A stretch of DNA of 64,000 nt from Candidatus Latescibacterota bacterium (GTDB lineage: Bacteria; Latescibacterota; UBA2968), in NCBI GenBank assembly GCA_965208125.1, contig OZ242320.1:5408001-5472000 (forward strand). Reading direction: 5' to 3'. The stretch's first letter is position 1, and each line of letters opens with the position of its first letter. The notes below the pieces were generated by a model. The model was not told the origin of the DNA. It saw nothing but the letters and a program-made list of their open reading frames with translations, and ran no database searches. Positions 38,605 to 48,679 of this stretch are shown here, piece after piece. The translations under genes were made by a program, and so were the position numbers.

Positions 38605-40497
38605 TCAGAACTTACCGCGTCTGGGTTTTTCCCAACGGTCTGCGAACTCAATACGCGGCGGCAGAACCGTAGAAACCACCTTGTCGCCGTGCTTCACCAG
38701 CCCAGTGGTAGAAACCACATAAGCAATGCTGAACTTCTCCTGAGCCTGATTCACACGTATCGTACCAATTTCTGTGTCATCGCTGCCCAGGCTAATTCCT
38801 GTATCCGGATCTATCAACTCTTCCCCTTTTGACTTCACCTTCAGCACATCGCCTGGCGACACAACATCCTTGCCCATGTTGAGCCACACCTTATCGCCTT
38901 CGGCCTTAATCACGCGACCAGAAGCGGGCAGACTACCGATTTGCTTGACCAGTTCATACACGCCCTTGTTGATACCGGCGATCACCGCTTGACCAATAGG
39001 CGTCTTCAAGTATTTGGAAAATACCCCTATTCCGACAGCTCCACCCCCACCAATACCGCCACCGAAGGTCAGGTTAGATTCAGTAATTTTCGATTCAATC
39101 TGCTTCGTAAACAATAATTCGCTCGTCTCGGCATCAATCAGCCGAAAATTCATACCCACACGACCTTCGCTTTTCGTGGTCGCGACAGCACCCAGACCCG
39201 CCGCCTGGGACAACACGCCTACAACGCCGCCGCCTTTCTTGGTTGACACATCTTCTTCATAGTCTGTCACGACGACTTTCATCATATACTGCGCCCCGAG
39301 CACATTCCCAATTTTTGCCGCCGACGGTCTGGCCATGCGACCAGATTCGCCCAAATCCTGCTCCTTGAAAACATCGTCGAGCATCTGACGCTCCACGAGG
39401 CGAAATCGTCCCGTCTGATTGATCACATTGATAACCAGTGCTTCCATTTCGGTCACAGATACCCCCGACTTCGCGGTTATTTCTACCTCATCCTCAACTT
39501 TCCCTCCGCTTTTGTGCTTCAGCACCAACGACCTCGGATCCGCCTTGAGGTCTTCTATCGGCAACACCATAATTCTCGATTGCGGCCCCAAATATTCGCC
39601 CCACTTCAGGTTCACCAGATACTTTGCCTCAATACCATCGATATTTTCAGGCAGTGGGATCTCCGCTTTTTCCCCTACCGTATAGGCCAAATAATCAGAC
39701 TGGCTTCGCGGAAGCCCAGACCCTCCTCCAGGCCCTATGCTCGCTTGCGCGGCAACCACTTGCCCGGATGCACCGCGAATCAACCCAGGGGATATGGCTT
39801 TGATATTCTCCAGCGTAATATTCCCCTGAATTTTGGCATGGTTTGACCCCCTGCTCAAATCGGGGATCATCCCAGCGTTCATTTCATGCATCGGCCAATA
39901 GCCAATCAAGCCATCTTCAGTGCCAGCCAATGCCGTTTTCATCGTCCTTCGTATCTCGCTCTGAGACCGTTGATAATTCCACACCCTGAACTCGGACATC
40001 ATTCCCGCAAACGGCTTGTCTTTCGGCCAGTTCGATTTGCCCAAATAGTAGTTGCCACCATAAGCCTGATTCAATCCCCCTCGATAATCGTCATCATCGT
40101 AAAACGTGCCATCCACATAGATCTTCATACCACCCGTGCCACACACCACAGCAATGTGATGCCAGGTGTTGCCAAGCACAGCATTTTTGGCTGATACACC
40201 GTGCTGTTTCCCTTTATTGTCCCAAATTCTGAAATTGATCTGGGATGACTTTTTATTGTTCTGAACCACAATGGCATTGCCTTCTCTGCCAAAGTCAAAT
40301 ACTCTTGACCACTCGTTGAACTGTTCCCATTTGACCCAAGCTTCAATGGTCGCATTCTCCTCCTGGTCAAAAATGCCAGAAGGTAACTGAACATACGCGC
40401 CGAAGCCGTCAAAACGAATGGCCTGCATCTCTTGTGCATCAGTATGAACCGCACACAGGAATACTAAAACGAGTGCTGTAAAAATTTTATTCAACAT
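38605..40497 (-). CDS. LamG-domain + CsgG/HfaB + FlgT_C-like secreted protein
   Basis: Signal peptide. LamG (TIEAWV, WHHIAV, YVDG, GL.GYW). CsgG (RFRLVER..L.....EQ, RLIDAET). C-terminal V..G...DPDTG..LG. Confidence 0.8.
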   Translation of the reverse strand: MLNKIFTALVLVFLCAVHTDAQEMQAIRFDGFGAYVQLPSGIFDQEENATIEAWVKWEQFNEWSRVFDFGREGNAIVVQNNKKSSQINFRIWDNKGKQHGVSAKNAVLGNTWHHIAVVCGTGGMKIYVDGTFYDDDDYRGGLNQAYGGNYYLGKSNWPKDKPFAGMMSEFRVWNYQRSQSEIRRTMKTALAGTEDGLIGYWPMHEMNAGMIPDLSRGSNHAKIQGNITLENIKAISPGLIRGASGQVVAAQASIGPGGGSGLPRSQSDYLAYTVGEKAEIPLPENIDGIEAKYLVNLKWGEYLGPQSRIMVLPIEDLKADPRSLVLKHKSGGKVEDEVEITAKSGVSVTEMEALVINVINQTGRFRLVERQMLDDVFKEQDLGESGRMARPSAAKIGNVLGAQYMMKVVVTDYEEDVSTKKGGGVVGVLSQAAGLGAVATTKSEGRVGMNFRLIDAETSELLFTKQIESKITESNLTFGGGIGGGGAVGIGVFSKYLKTPIGQAVIAGINKGVYELVKQIGSLPASGRVIKAEGDKVWLNMGKDVVSPGDVLKVKSKGEELIDPDTGISLGSDDTEIGTIRVNQAQEKFSIAYVVSTTGLVKHGDKVVSTVLPPRIEFADRWEKPRRGKF

Positions 40498-40611
40498 ATT
40501 ACCCTCCTGACCTGAAAAATTCATAAAACAGCCGTGAGAACACAAGATACTCATTGCAAGGTTCCTTTAGCAAGTCTTTTCCGCAAACGTTTCAACTTCC
40601 GCCAGCGCATT

Positions 40612-43600
40612 TCAGTGGCTTAGAGTGCGGATGACCCGGCCTTGCTGGTCAACCATGTAAACCGGCCCCTGCAAAGAGCCGCCGCACATCCAGTCATAGG
40701 GAAATGCTACGATCTTAGTGGCTGAAGTCATAGGCAGGGTATATGGATCAGCCTGGCTGACATCGACGACATAGCCCATGTCGGCCAATGCTTGAATCGT
40801 AATCGCGCTCACCCTTCTATCCCTACCGCCCCCCATAATTTCGCCACTTAGTATAGGGGCCCTCCAGTGCGCCCCATCCGGCTCAACCGGAACCTTTGCA
40901 CCCGTGTAGTTCCGTCCGCCCGCCGCGTCAAACGCGGCAATCGCCAATGGGCCATTGAAGTGCAGGTCGTTGGAGGGTCTTTGGACAAAGTTGCTCCACT
41001 GTGTCCCAATTCCCAGCACATGCGCCATTTCATGGAGGGTTAGGGCTATGAGAGGCATCGGGTCGAGAGGTATCGGATCAAGGGGGAAATGGTCGATATA
41101 AGCCGTGCTGGGCTTATCAACCCACCCCCGATCAAATTGTATACATCCGACGACTGGCAGAACAGCCCCAACGTCATTGAACCGAATCATTAATGGACCA
41201 CCCAACGCGGCGGGTTTAAGTTCTTCTTTTACACCCGCCACATAGAACTCCACGACATTTAGGAGTTGGATATTCATATAGATTCGCAGGTCGTCAATAC
41301 GCTCCCCAATACGAGGCACGGCTGTAAGATCGCCGCAATCCAACCGAGAGAGTTGTGAAAATGTATAGTCCGGGATATCTTCTCTAATAATCGACATCCA
41401 TCGGTCGGTAGCATATTGTATCTGTTGCTTTTGAAATTCATTGAAGGGCGTCTTGTCGCGGTCCCTCTCGCTGAGAAAAACCAGATCGATGTCGTAGTCG
41501 CTCTCTGATATCGGATGATCGTAAAGCGTTACAGCATCGCGCCTAAGAGCCGAAAAAGAAGCGTCAATGGAAGAAGGGCTGATGGCGTTACCCCGGATAT
41601 CCATACTTTTCAAGCTACGCAATCCCCCCAAGGGGGAGATATCCGTTAAATTGTTGAGGCCAAGCCATAGATATTCCAAACGGGTCAAGTAGCCCAATTC
41701 AGGGGGAATCGGACCACTTAACTGGTTAGCACTAAGGTCCAGAAGCTTCAAGCTATACAAGTTTCCCAATTCGGATGGGATAGAACCACTGAGCTGGTTA
41801 TAGACAAGCCACAGATATTCCAAACTGGTCAGGTTGCCCAATTCATGTGGAAGTGTGCCACTTAACTGGTTATCGTGGAGGTCCAGCCTTGTCAATTTAG
41901 TCAGATTACCCAATTCGGGGGGGATCGGACCACTGAGCTGGTTAGCCCCAAGGTCCAACCATGTCAAGTTGGTCAGTTTACCTAATTCAGAAGGGATAGA
42001 ACCGCTTAACTGGTTAGCCCCAAGGTCCAGCCATTCTAAGTTGGTCAGTTTACCCAATTCGGGGGGGATAGAACCGCTTAACTGGTTATGGTGGAGTTCC
42101 AACCATACCAAGTTGGTCAGGTTGCCTAATTCGGGCGGGATTGAACCACTGAGTTGCTTGCCTATGCGTAGCGATACCAGTTCGGTCAAGTTGCCCAATT
42201 CGGGCGGGATTGAACCACTAAACGGGATATCGTTGAGGTGCAATGAGGTCACCCGTCCGTTGGCATCCGCCCTTACTCCGGTCCAATCTTTCAGTGGCTT
42301 GTCGGTAAGCCAGTTATTGATGTTCTCCCATTTGTCGCCTTCCATCGCCTCGTACACCGCCACTAGCGCGGCTCTGTCTGTGGCCGCGTCCCCTTCACCG
42401 CAGAAAGGCAGGCCGAGGGCAAAGCTATTATCAGTATCCACATTCCGCATGCCTTCGGGTACGCACCCGCTGAGCTGGTTACCGAAGAGTTCCAAGCGTG
42501 TCAGGTTAGATAGGTTGCCCAACGCTTCGGGGATCGTACCACTTAGCTGGTTAGCGGAGAGGCCCAGGCCTTCTAGTTTGGACAGGTTGCCCAATTCGGG
42601 TGGAATCGGACTACTGAGCTGGTTCTGGCTGAGGTACAGATGTGTCAGGTTAGACAGGTTGCCCAACGCTTCGGGGATCGGCCCCGTAAGCTGGTTCCTG
42701 CGCAAATCCAAATAGGTTAGATCTGTGAGAAGTCCCAGGCTATCGGGAAGAGATCCCGTTAGCTGGTTCTCCGACAAATGCAAGCTATCCACGCGCCCTT
42801 GTGCATTGGTTGAGACGCCATACCACTCGTTAAGGAGGTTGTCGGAAACCCAGTTTGTATTATTCTCCCAGTTCTCCCCATCTGTGGCATTGTACAGTGC
42901 GATGAGTACAAACCGATCATCACTCAGGTCAGTATTGGCTTTATCCGGGTACGCATAGATCTTCGGTGGCGAATCATTCGTCACATAGAATCGGCCATCG
43001 GCATAGGTGATACCACTCGAATTACGGTTGTAGCTAGCCAGATGGAATTCTAAATCCGAAACACGCTTCCCGGAATTATTGTACACATAGACCTTATTAC
43101 TGCTGCGACTAAGCAAATAGAATAGGCCCTTGTGATAGGCGATGCTAACAACATCCTCGGTGCCTTCATCTAACGGGAAGTTTAAATTCCACCGGGATTC
43201 CTCATATTCATAATAACGGACAGAACCGACCCGCTTCGTTTCTATACTGTCATAATTAACCACATAGAATTGGCCGTTGGCATAGGTGATACCAGTCGGA
43301 TCAGGGAATATCGATGAATCCAATTGACGATATAAACGAGGCTTCCCATAGTTCCTGGAATTATCATCAATATCGCACACCCAGATCTTATCCTTTTGAA
43401 GTACATAGAGTTGGTCGTCGTCATAAGTCACATCTCTTATAAGATTGTGGTATTCATATCCTGTCTGTTCCTGATAGACCATATAGAAATCATCACCCAG
43501 ATCGAAGTCATCCTCCTCAACCCAAACAAGAGAATCCTCCTTTATCTTCTTCCAGCGGGACTTATAGACTTTCTGTTCCGCGCCACCACTATCAACATAT

Positions 43601-46380
43601 CCACCAACCACATAGAAGAATCCATAGTCGTCGGCATAGGTGATACCAAACGGAGCCCATTTGATGTTTTGCTCCATCTCGAAAGTTATGGGCGCATCCT
43701 CACTAAGAATCTGCACAGATACGTCGTCCGAGCAATTCTTGTATGTGTCCCACTCCGACTCGCGGCTGACCTTCTCAGCACACGCGCTGTAATAGTACAT
43801 TTCGTTATTCCAAGCCTCTGCTGGTGCAGTCAATTCGATTGACGATACAATTCTGTCACCCTCATTGAGCCTGTCTATTTCAATCGTTTTGACTAGCTCC
43901 GGGTCTGGGACCTGCCACTTTTGCCTATAATCCAGCGAGTAGATTGAACGATAATAGTGTAGCTTGATCGCGTTCGCTTGCGTGTCCCCCCGATTCTCCA
44001 CTTTCACAGACAGGGTGAAGGATTCTCCCGCATCCAATTTGCCCTTACTGACTACAAGCGAGTCCACTTTCACATCTGGAGGGCCGTACTCATAGATATC
44101 ACTACTTTTATAATTAGTCACATAGACGAAGTTGGGGTAGGTGATACCCGTCGGATCATCGTTAGCGTCATCCAGATAGAACTCTGAACTTTTATCACGC
44201 ACTCCCGTAATTGTGTACGCATAGACCTTCTTATCCTCGTTATCAACGATATATAATCGGTTGTCGGCATACGTGATACCCCACGGATCCTGGTTGTCTT
44301 TATCCAGACTGAAGGATTTACCGGAACCACCTGGAGAGAAATCGTACACATAGACCTTCTTATCCTCGTTATCTACCACATAAAATAGGCCTTCGGCATA
44401 GACGATACCACCTGTCGGATCACTGTTTTCTTGATCCAGCCCATAAACTCGGGCCTGCTTCCAGTCTTCCCCAGTCTTCGAATATTGATACATGACCGGA
44501 GAAGGATTCTCAGCACTCCCATCTGCCCCAACCACATATAAGTCCTTGGTATTGGGATGAGAGGTGATACCCAGCGGTTGTTGGATGCGTTTATTTTGCG
44601 GCAGACTGGTCAGATTCTCAACAGCTTCCAGGTCGAAAAGCTCTCTATACTCCCAGAAATTGTTCTTCGTCGCCTCATAGACTTTGCCACCACCCTTCAC
44701 ATCACGATGAAGCACATAGAACACATAGCGTTTGATGTTCTCATCATAAACATGAGTGATACCCATAAAATTAGCTTCAAATGTTGGGGTTTGTGCGAGA
44801 ATTATATCTAACAATGTAAAATCCCATGATTTTTCAAGCGTACTAATTGTTATGCCAAAGAATTTCGCAAAGGGGCCGTGGACAGTCGCCTTTCCATAAA
44901 TCCCCATGCGAATCGCCCAACCAATAGCCTCCGAGTCTCCAATCCTGTCGGTAGTATTAAAGTTTAAGGAGGGACCTAAACTAAAAATGACACCGGCTCC
45001 CCCCGTCTCTGCTACCTCGAAATCTTTTCCCAAATAGATATGGAGTTTCCCAGACATATGGGCGCGGAGTTTTGCATAATCCGTTAGGTCGCCTATCTCA
45101 TGCGTGATCCCTTCCCCCTGCTCATTCACATAATTGTAGGGGTTAAATTCGCCGTCCTCGTATTTTACGCCAATAGTGCTACTCCTATTTATATCAACCT
45201 CCACCTTGACATTTCCTTTTGCACCTATGGAACCCTCCACACCCAAAACGATGGAAGGCTTTATCACAAGAGTCTGCGTGACCTGACTCCCAAACTGCAC
45301 GACGTTCTCTAAAGTCTGGGACAATCGTCCTAGTTTTTCCGTCACATCTATTTCTTTTTTTACCTTTAACTCTCCCCTCGCATTCATATTCGTATTCATC
45401 TCGGCATTGAGATGGATCCCGGCCTCTAACTTGAGATATTGTATATCCCCGTCAGAAATATTGAGATCGAAATCGATAGTGGGGTCAAGGGAGATATTGG
45501 AAACGCTTGCACAAACCTCGTTCTTATCCGTACACACACCCGCGCTACTGCTGCCGCTGGCCAAGGCCAGCTTTGTCGCGGGAAACCTGAAGGTTTGGCG
45601 TATGTGCGCCTCTTCGACAACATCGGTGAGGGTAGCGTCTTCGGTTTCGACAACCACCTCGCCTGTACTCTGGCTCACCACATGCGTCACCTTTTTTAAG
45701 AAATACGGCTCAACCGTATTGACCAGCACTTCGCCCACCTGCACCTGGGGCGCACCCGTCTGAGCCGTAAAGACCATCTGATCACCTGTCGTCTCTTTGT
45801 ACGTAAACGCTGCATCAGCACCACCCACAAACACCGCGGCCTCTGAGATGGTTACAACGTCAACGGCAACCGTATCCGGCCGGCTGGACGCATCCCCATC
45901 ATGGACGACCAGTTCAAAGGTATAATGCCCAGCTTCGCGGGTGCGAAATGTGGGACGGGCAATATTCGCATCGGATAGGGTAATGGATGGCCCTTCTATT
46001 TGTCGCCAGGCAAAGGTCAGTGGTTGACCTTCGGGGTCGCGACTATTTGCTCCGTTTAACGTGACCAGGTCGCCTGTGTCAACGCTCTGGTATTCACCCG
46101 CATGTGCCACGGGAGGGCTACTGGGCACACGTTGCCCAAAGACCCCGACAAATGAGATGAAATCCGCAAAATTCACCTCGCCATTGCCGTCCAAATCGTA
46201 TTTTGCCTCGTACTCATCATCGCCATGACGGGTATTGAACTTCTCTGTAAACAACAAGAAATCATTAAACTCAACCTCGCCATCGCCATTAAAGTCCGCC
46301 TGTGCCGCGGTTAGAGTTTGTGACCACGCCGGTCCCACCAGCGTGAGCATGACAGTCACAGTAAGAAGCAGGCGATACAT
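40612..46380 (-). CDS. 1922-aa mosaic surface protein: EF-hand/dockerin-like, PKD, beta-propeller repeats, CARDB-like, LRR, M8/leishmanolysin-like metallopeptidase
   Basis: DFNGDGEV.F.DF x2; PP.A.AG...SRDPEG..LTF.W.Q; P.GITY...FYV repeats; L..NQLSG.IP.ELG.L repeats; HEMAHVLG...HW...E.M. Confidence 0.85.
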   Translation of the reverse strand: MYRLLLTVTVMLTLVGPAWSQTLTAAQADFNGDGEVEFNDFLLFTEKFNTRHGDDEYEAKYDLDGNGEVNFADFISFVGVFGQRVPSSPPVAHAGEYQSVDTGDLVTLNGANSRDPEGQPLTFAWRQIEGPSITLSDANIARPTFRTREAGHYTFELVVHDGDASSRPDTVAVDVVTISEAAVFVGGADAAFTYKETTGDQMVFTAQTGAPQVQVGEVLVNTVEPYFLKKVTHVVSQSTGEVVVETEDATLTDVVEEAHIRQTFRFPATKLALASGSSSAGVCTDKNEVCASVSNISLDPTIDFDLNISDGDIQYLKLEAGIHLNAEMNTNMNARGELKVKKEIDVTEKLGRLSQTLENVVQFGSQVTQTLVIKPSIVLGVEGSIGAKGNVKVEVDINRSSTIGVKYEDGEFNPYNYVNEQGEGITHEIGDLTDYAKLRAHMSGKLHIYLGKDFEVAETGGAGVIFSLGPSLNFNTTDRIGDSEAIGWAIRMGIYGKATVHGPFAKFFGITISTLEKSWDFTLLDIILAQTPTFEANFMGITHVYDENIKRYVFYVLHRDVKGGGKVYEATKNNFWEYRELFDLEAVENLTSLPQNKRIQQPLGITSHPNTKDLYVVGADGSAENPSPVMYQYSKTGEDWKQARVYGLDQENSDPTGGIVYAEGLFYVVDNEDKKVYVYDFSPGGSGKSFSLDKDNQDPWGITYADNRLYIVDNEDKKVYAYTITGVRDKSSEFYLDDANDDPTGITYPNFVYVTNYKSSDIYEYGPPDVKVDSLVVSKGKLDAGESFTLSVKVENRGDTQANAIKLHYYRSIYSLDYRQKWQVPDPELVKTIEIDRLNEGDRIVSSIELTAPAEAWNNEMYYYSACAEKVSRESEWDTYKNCSDDVSVQILSEDAPITFEMEQNIKWAPFGITYADDYGFFYVVGGYVDSGGAEQKVYKSRWKKIKEDSLVWVEEDDFDLGDDFYMVYQEQTGYEYHNLIRDVTYDDDQLYVLQKDKIWVCDIDDNSRNYGKPRLYRQLDSSIFPDPTGITYANGQFYVVNYDSIETKRVGSVRYYEYEESRWNLNFPLDEGTEDVVSIAYHKGLFYLLSRSSNKVYVYNNSGKRVSDLEFHLASYNRNSSGITYADGRFYVTNDSPPKIYAYPDKANTDLSDDRFVLIALYNATDGENWENNTNWVSDNLLNEWYGVSTNAQGRVDSLHLSENQLTGSLPDSLGLLTDLTYLDLRRNQLTGPIPEALGNLSNLTHLYLSQNQLSSPIPPELGNLSKLEGLGLSANQLSGTIPEALGNLSNLTRLELFGNQLSGCVPEGMRNVDTDNSFALGLPFCGEGDAATDRAALVAVYEAMEGDKWENINNWLTDKPLKDWTGVRADANGRVTSLHLNDIPFSGSIPPELGNLTELVSLRIGKQLSGSIPPELGNLTNLVWLELHHNQLSGSIPPELGKLTNLEWLDLGANQLSGSIPSELGKLTNLTWLDLGANQLSGPIPPELGNLTKLTRLDLHDNQLSGTLPHELGNLTSLEYLWLVYNQLSGSIPSELGNLYSLKLLDLSANQLSGPIPPELGYLTRLEYLWLGLNNLTDISPLGGLRSLKSMDIRGNAISPSSIDASFSALRRDAVTLYDHPISESDYDIDLVFLSERDRDKTPFNEFQKQQIQYATDRWMSIIREDIPDYTFSQLSRLDCGDLTAVPRIGERIDDLRIYMNIQLLNVVEFYVAGVKEELKPAALGGPLMIRFNDVGAVLPVVGCIQFDRGWVDKPSTAYIDHFPLDPIPLDPMPLIALTLHEMAHVLGIGTQWSNFVQRPSNDLHFNGPLAIAAFDAAGGRNYTGAKVPVEPDGAHWRAPILSGEIMGGGRDRRVSAITIQALADMGYVVDVSQADPYTLPMTSATKIVAFPYDWMCGGSLQGPVYMVDQQGRVIRTLSH
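41600..42790 (-). repeat. LRR-coding 72-bp tandem repeats (two blocks)
   Basis: Recurrent cccaattc...accact/accgct..ctggtt units spaced 72 bp apart. Confidence 0.85.
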
Positions 46381-46410
46381 AACAGCCTCCGTGACGAATG
46401 ACCTGAATAG

Positions 46411-46905
46411 TTACCTGAAATTAATGCTATTTCCTGATTTCTGGATTGTCGTGATTAAATCTGTTTGTTCACGCCGACTCAGAGTACCCGTAAATTGTCG
46501 CGATGTCCCCAGCGCGTTAATTGTCACGATATAACCAGACGGCGTTGCGTCAGAATAATGGTCAACTTCGACGCGATAAGAACCATCAGGCGCATTCTCC
46601 CAGAATATATTCTCAGGCCCATAGCCATTTATATCATCTCGATCTAAACTACCACCTGTATCAGAGTGTTGACCCACCAGATGCGCGTATTTGAAGGATC
46701 TGTTACCCAGAGGTCAACATCCGCCGTATTATCCCAGGACAACGATATCTGGAGTATGCCACTGCCAAGCTCTAAAACATCAATGCACGTTTCCAGCGTA
46801 TTGCTGATTTCTCCCCGGTTATCTGCAATATTAACACTCGTACAGAACCGACCGGCAGAAACATTTGTTGGAAGGCCAACAGGTATAGAAAGCGTACCGC
46901 TGGCA
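46411..46905 (-). pseudogene. YfaP/DUF2135-like domain remnant, 5'-truncated and frameshifted
   Basis: LQISLSWDNTADVDLWVTDPS in one frame and GG.LD.DD..G.GPENI in another. Frame switch near 46670. Confidence 0.75.
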
Positions 46906-46964
46906 GATAAATGCCTCTGGCTCGCATGTCTTTGTCAAGTCACGAAATGTGACAGTTTTTTCCT

Positions 46965-47515
46965 TTAGAATTGGAGGCGCATCCCTAACATAGTGCGTGA
47001 TTCTCCGGTGACAGAAGCCCAGCTAACCCATGGGCTAACCTTCAGGCGCGAACTTACAGATGGGATAGGGATACTTTCCCACTGTTCTGTCTTTATAAAA
47101 TAACCTATGGCTCCCCCTATTAAGCCTAACCCTCCGCCCCAAATAATAGTACCTGTAAGAGCTACCGTAAATCCAAAACCAGTAGCCCCCCCCAAGTTAA
47201 GCCGCTAAGGACCCCAAGAGCGGTGCCGGTACCAGCTCCTATCAAAAACCCTGTTTTCATGCGATTCTTTACCCCAAAACTTCGTTCCAGTACCAGAATA
47301 TCGCCAAAAGGAACGGGGCGGAGTCCGCCGCCTGACAGAATAAGGTCGAAACTGTTTTCACTGGTCGATCTAACGGTTCCGGTTATTATGATACCACTTA
47401 TGATTTTCACGCGAAGACGCTCTCCTACGGATTGCCCGAAAATGGGGGCGGGATGATACAAGACCGCCAGGACCAGGACGCTCAAAAGAATGATGAATCG
47501 CTGCAAGTAGTTCAT
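46965..47515 (-). pseudogene. Exported glycine-zipper-like membrane protein split at a G8 tract
   Basis: ORFs 47162-47515 and 46965-47195 overlap at G8 (47186-47193). A G9 tract would join them into one ORF ending in a terminal F. Confidence 0.65.
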
Positions 47516-47867
47516 GATATACCCCTCTAAAAAAGGTGAGAATAGGCAGAAATTTTACCCCTACTTTCAAAAGCAATTTTTCGACCTGCAAAAGCCTGTC
47601 TCCTCAGAGCACGGGCAGGCGTGATAAGTTTTAAGCCTCCTCCTCCTTTCTCGTTACATCCCTCAAATGGAAATCCAACTTGATTTTTTGGTCGTGGCTT
47701 TTTACATTGTGAAACAGAGCGGGTTACGGCTGCCAAACCGTTCCCTTCTCTGTATGTATTTTGCGGCGGGAGGGCCACAGGTCTGCTAACCAATATAGGC
47801 CCTCCGCCGCTCACACAGACGCAATCAATAGACGCCTGCGTTTATTCTTGTTATTAAGTGAGATATA

Positions 47868-47892
47868 GCTTCGACAGACTCACTGTCGAAGC
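47868..47892. repeat. Perfect REP-like palindrome
   Basis: GCTTCGACAG-actca-CTGTCGAAGC. Confidence 0.7.
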
Positions 47893-48166
47893 GGTTTATT
47901 TCCCACCGCCGATCTCCCTTATCAGGCTGAATCTATTCAGGCTTACCCCAAATCTTTCGCGATGTCAAGAGATATTAAAACATCGTGCAATTTAATATTG
48001 ATGTTACGCGATACTCAAGTGCTGATACATACGTTTGTGTCAACTTACAAAAAATTTCTCCTTGTAAAGTCAATTTCTGCACAACCGCGTAACATCAGTT
48101 TAATCTTAAAAAATATGATAATTCCATTTTGGATAAAGTCAAGAATTTTTTACCTATCGGTTAAAT

Positions 48167-48565
48167 ATGTCCATAGCTAAACGCATCGCATTATTACGTG
48201 GGCAAAAAACCCTTACGCAATTTGCAAGAGAACACCAGACAACCCCGCAAAATATCCATCGATATGAAAAAGGGAGAACTCCTTCTGCTAATTTTTTGAC
48301 CTCTCTGGCATCTAAAGGCATCAATATCAACTGGGTATTGACCGGTGAAGGAGCCATTTACGTCAAAAAACAGAAGGTCAGTAGTATCGCTCTCCTGGCG
48401 TCAGAATTGGAGCACTTGCCAGAAGAATTTAGAGAAGCACTGCGGGTAACCGTTCGGGAAGCAGGCCAGCCGCCCCCTCCAGGCCGCAAACTACATCTGA
48501 CTGTTTGGTGTCACAAGGTATTGCGAAAAGCCCAGGATGAAATTGACCGTTTGTTTGGTACGTGA
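48167..48565 (+). CDS. XRE/Cro-CI helix-turn-helix regulator
   Basis: RI..LR...T..QFA.......I.RYE.G..P, I..NW.LTGEG. Confidence 0.85.
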   Translation: MSIAKRIALLRGQKTLTQFAREHQTTPQNIHRYEKGRTPSANFLTSLASKGININWVLTGEGAIYVKKQKVSSIALLASELEHLPEEFREALRVTVREAGQPPPPGRKLHLTVWCHKVLRKAQDEIDRLFGT

Positions 48566-48679
48566 AAGTTGTAATCAAGCATCACACCTGACTTGCCCAC
48601 CCCTCCGATTCTGAATTTTCTCTTTATTTGGAGATCATACAGCCAGAACAGATGCCTGCGGGTATGAGAAGTATCCTGA

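Noticed and set aside
41600-42790. CRISPR-like periodicity
   Set aside because: The 72-bp period is LRR coding sequence, without constant repeats or unique spacers.
48167-48565. Prophage repressor
   Set aside because: No phage structural, replication or integrase genes nearby.
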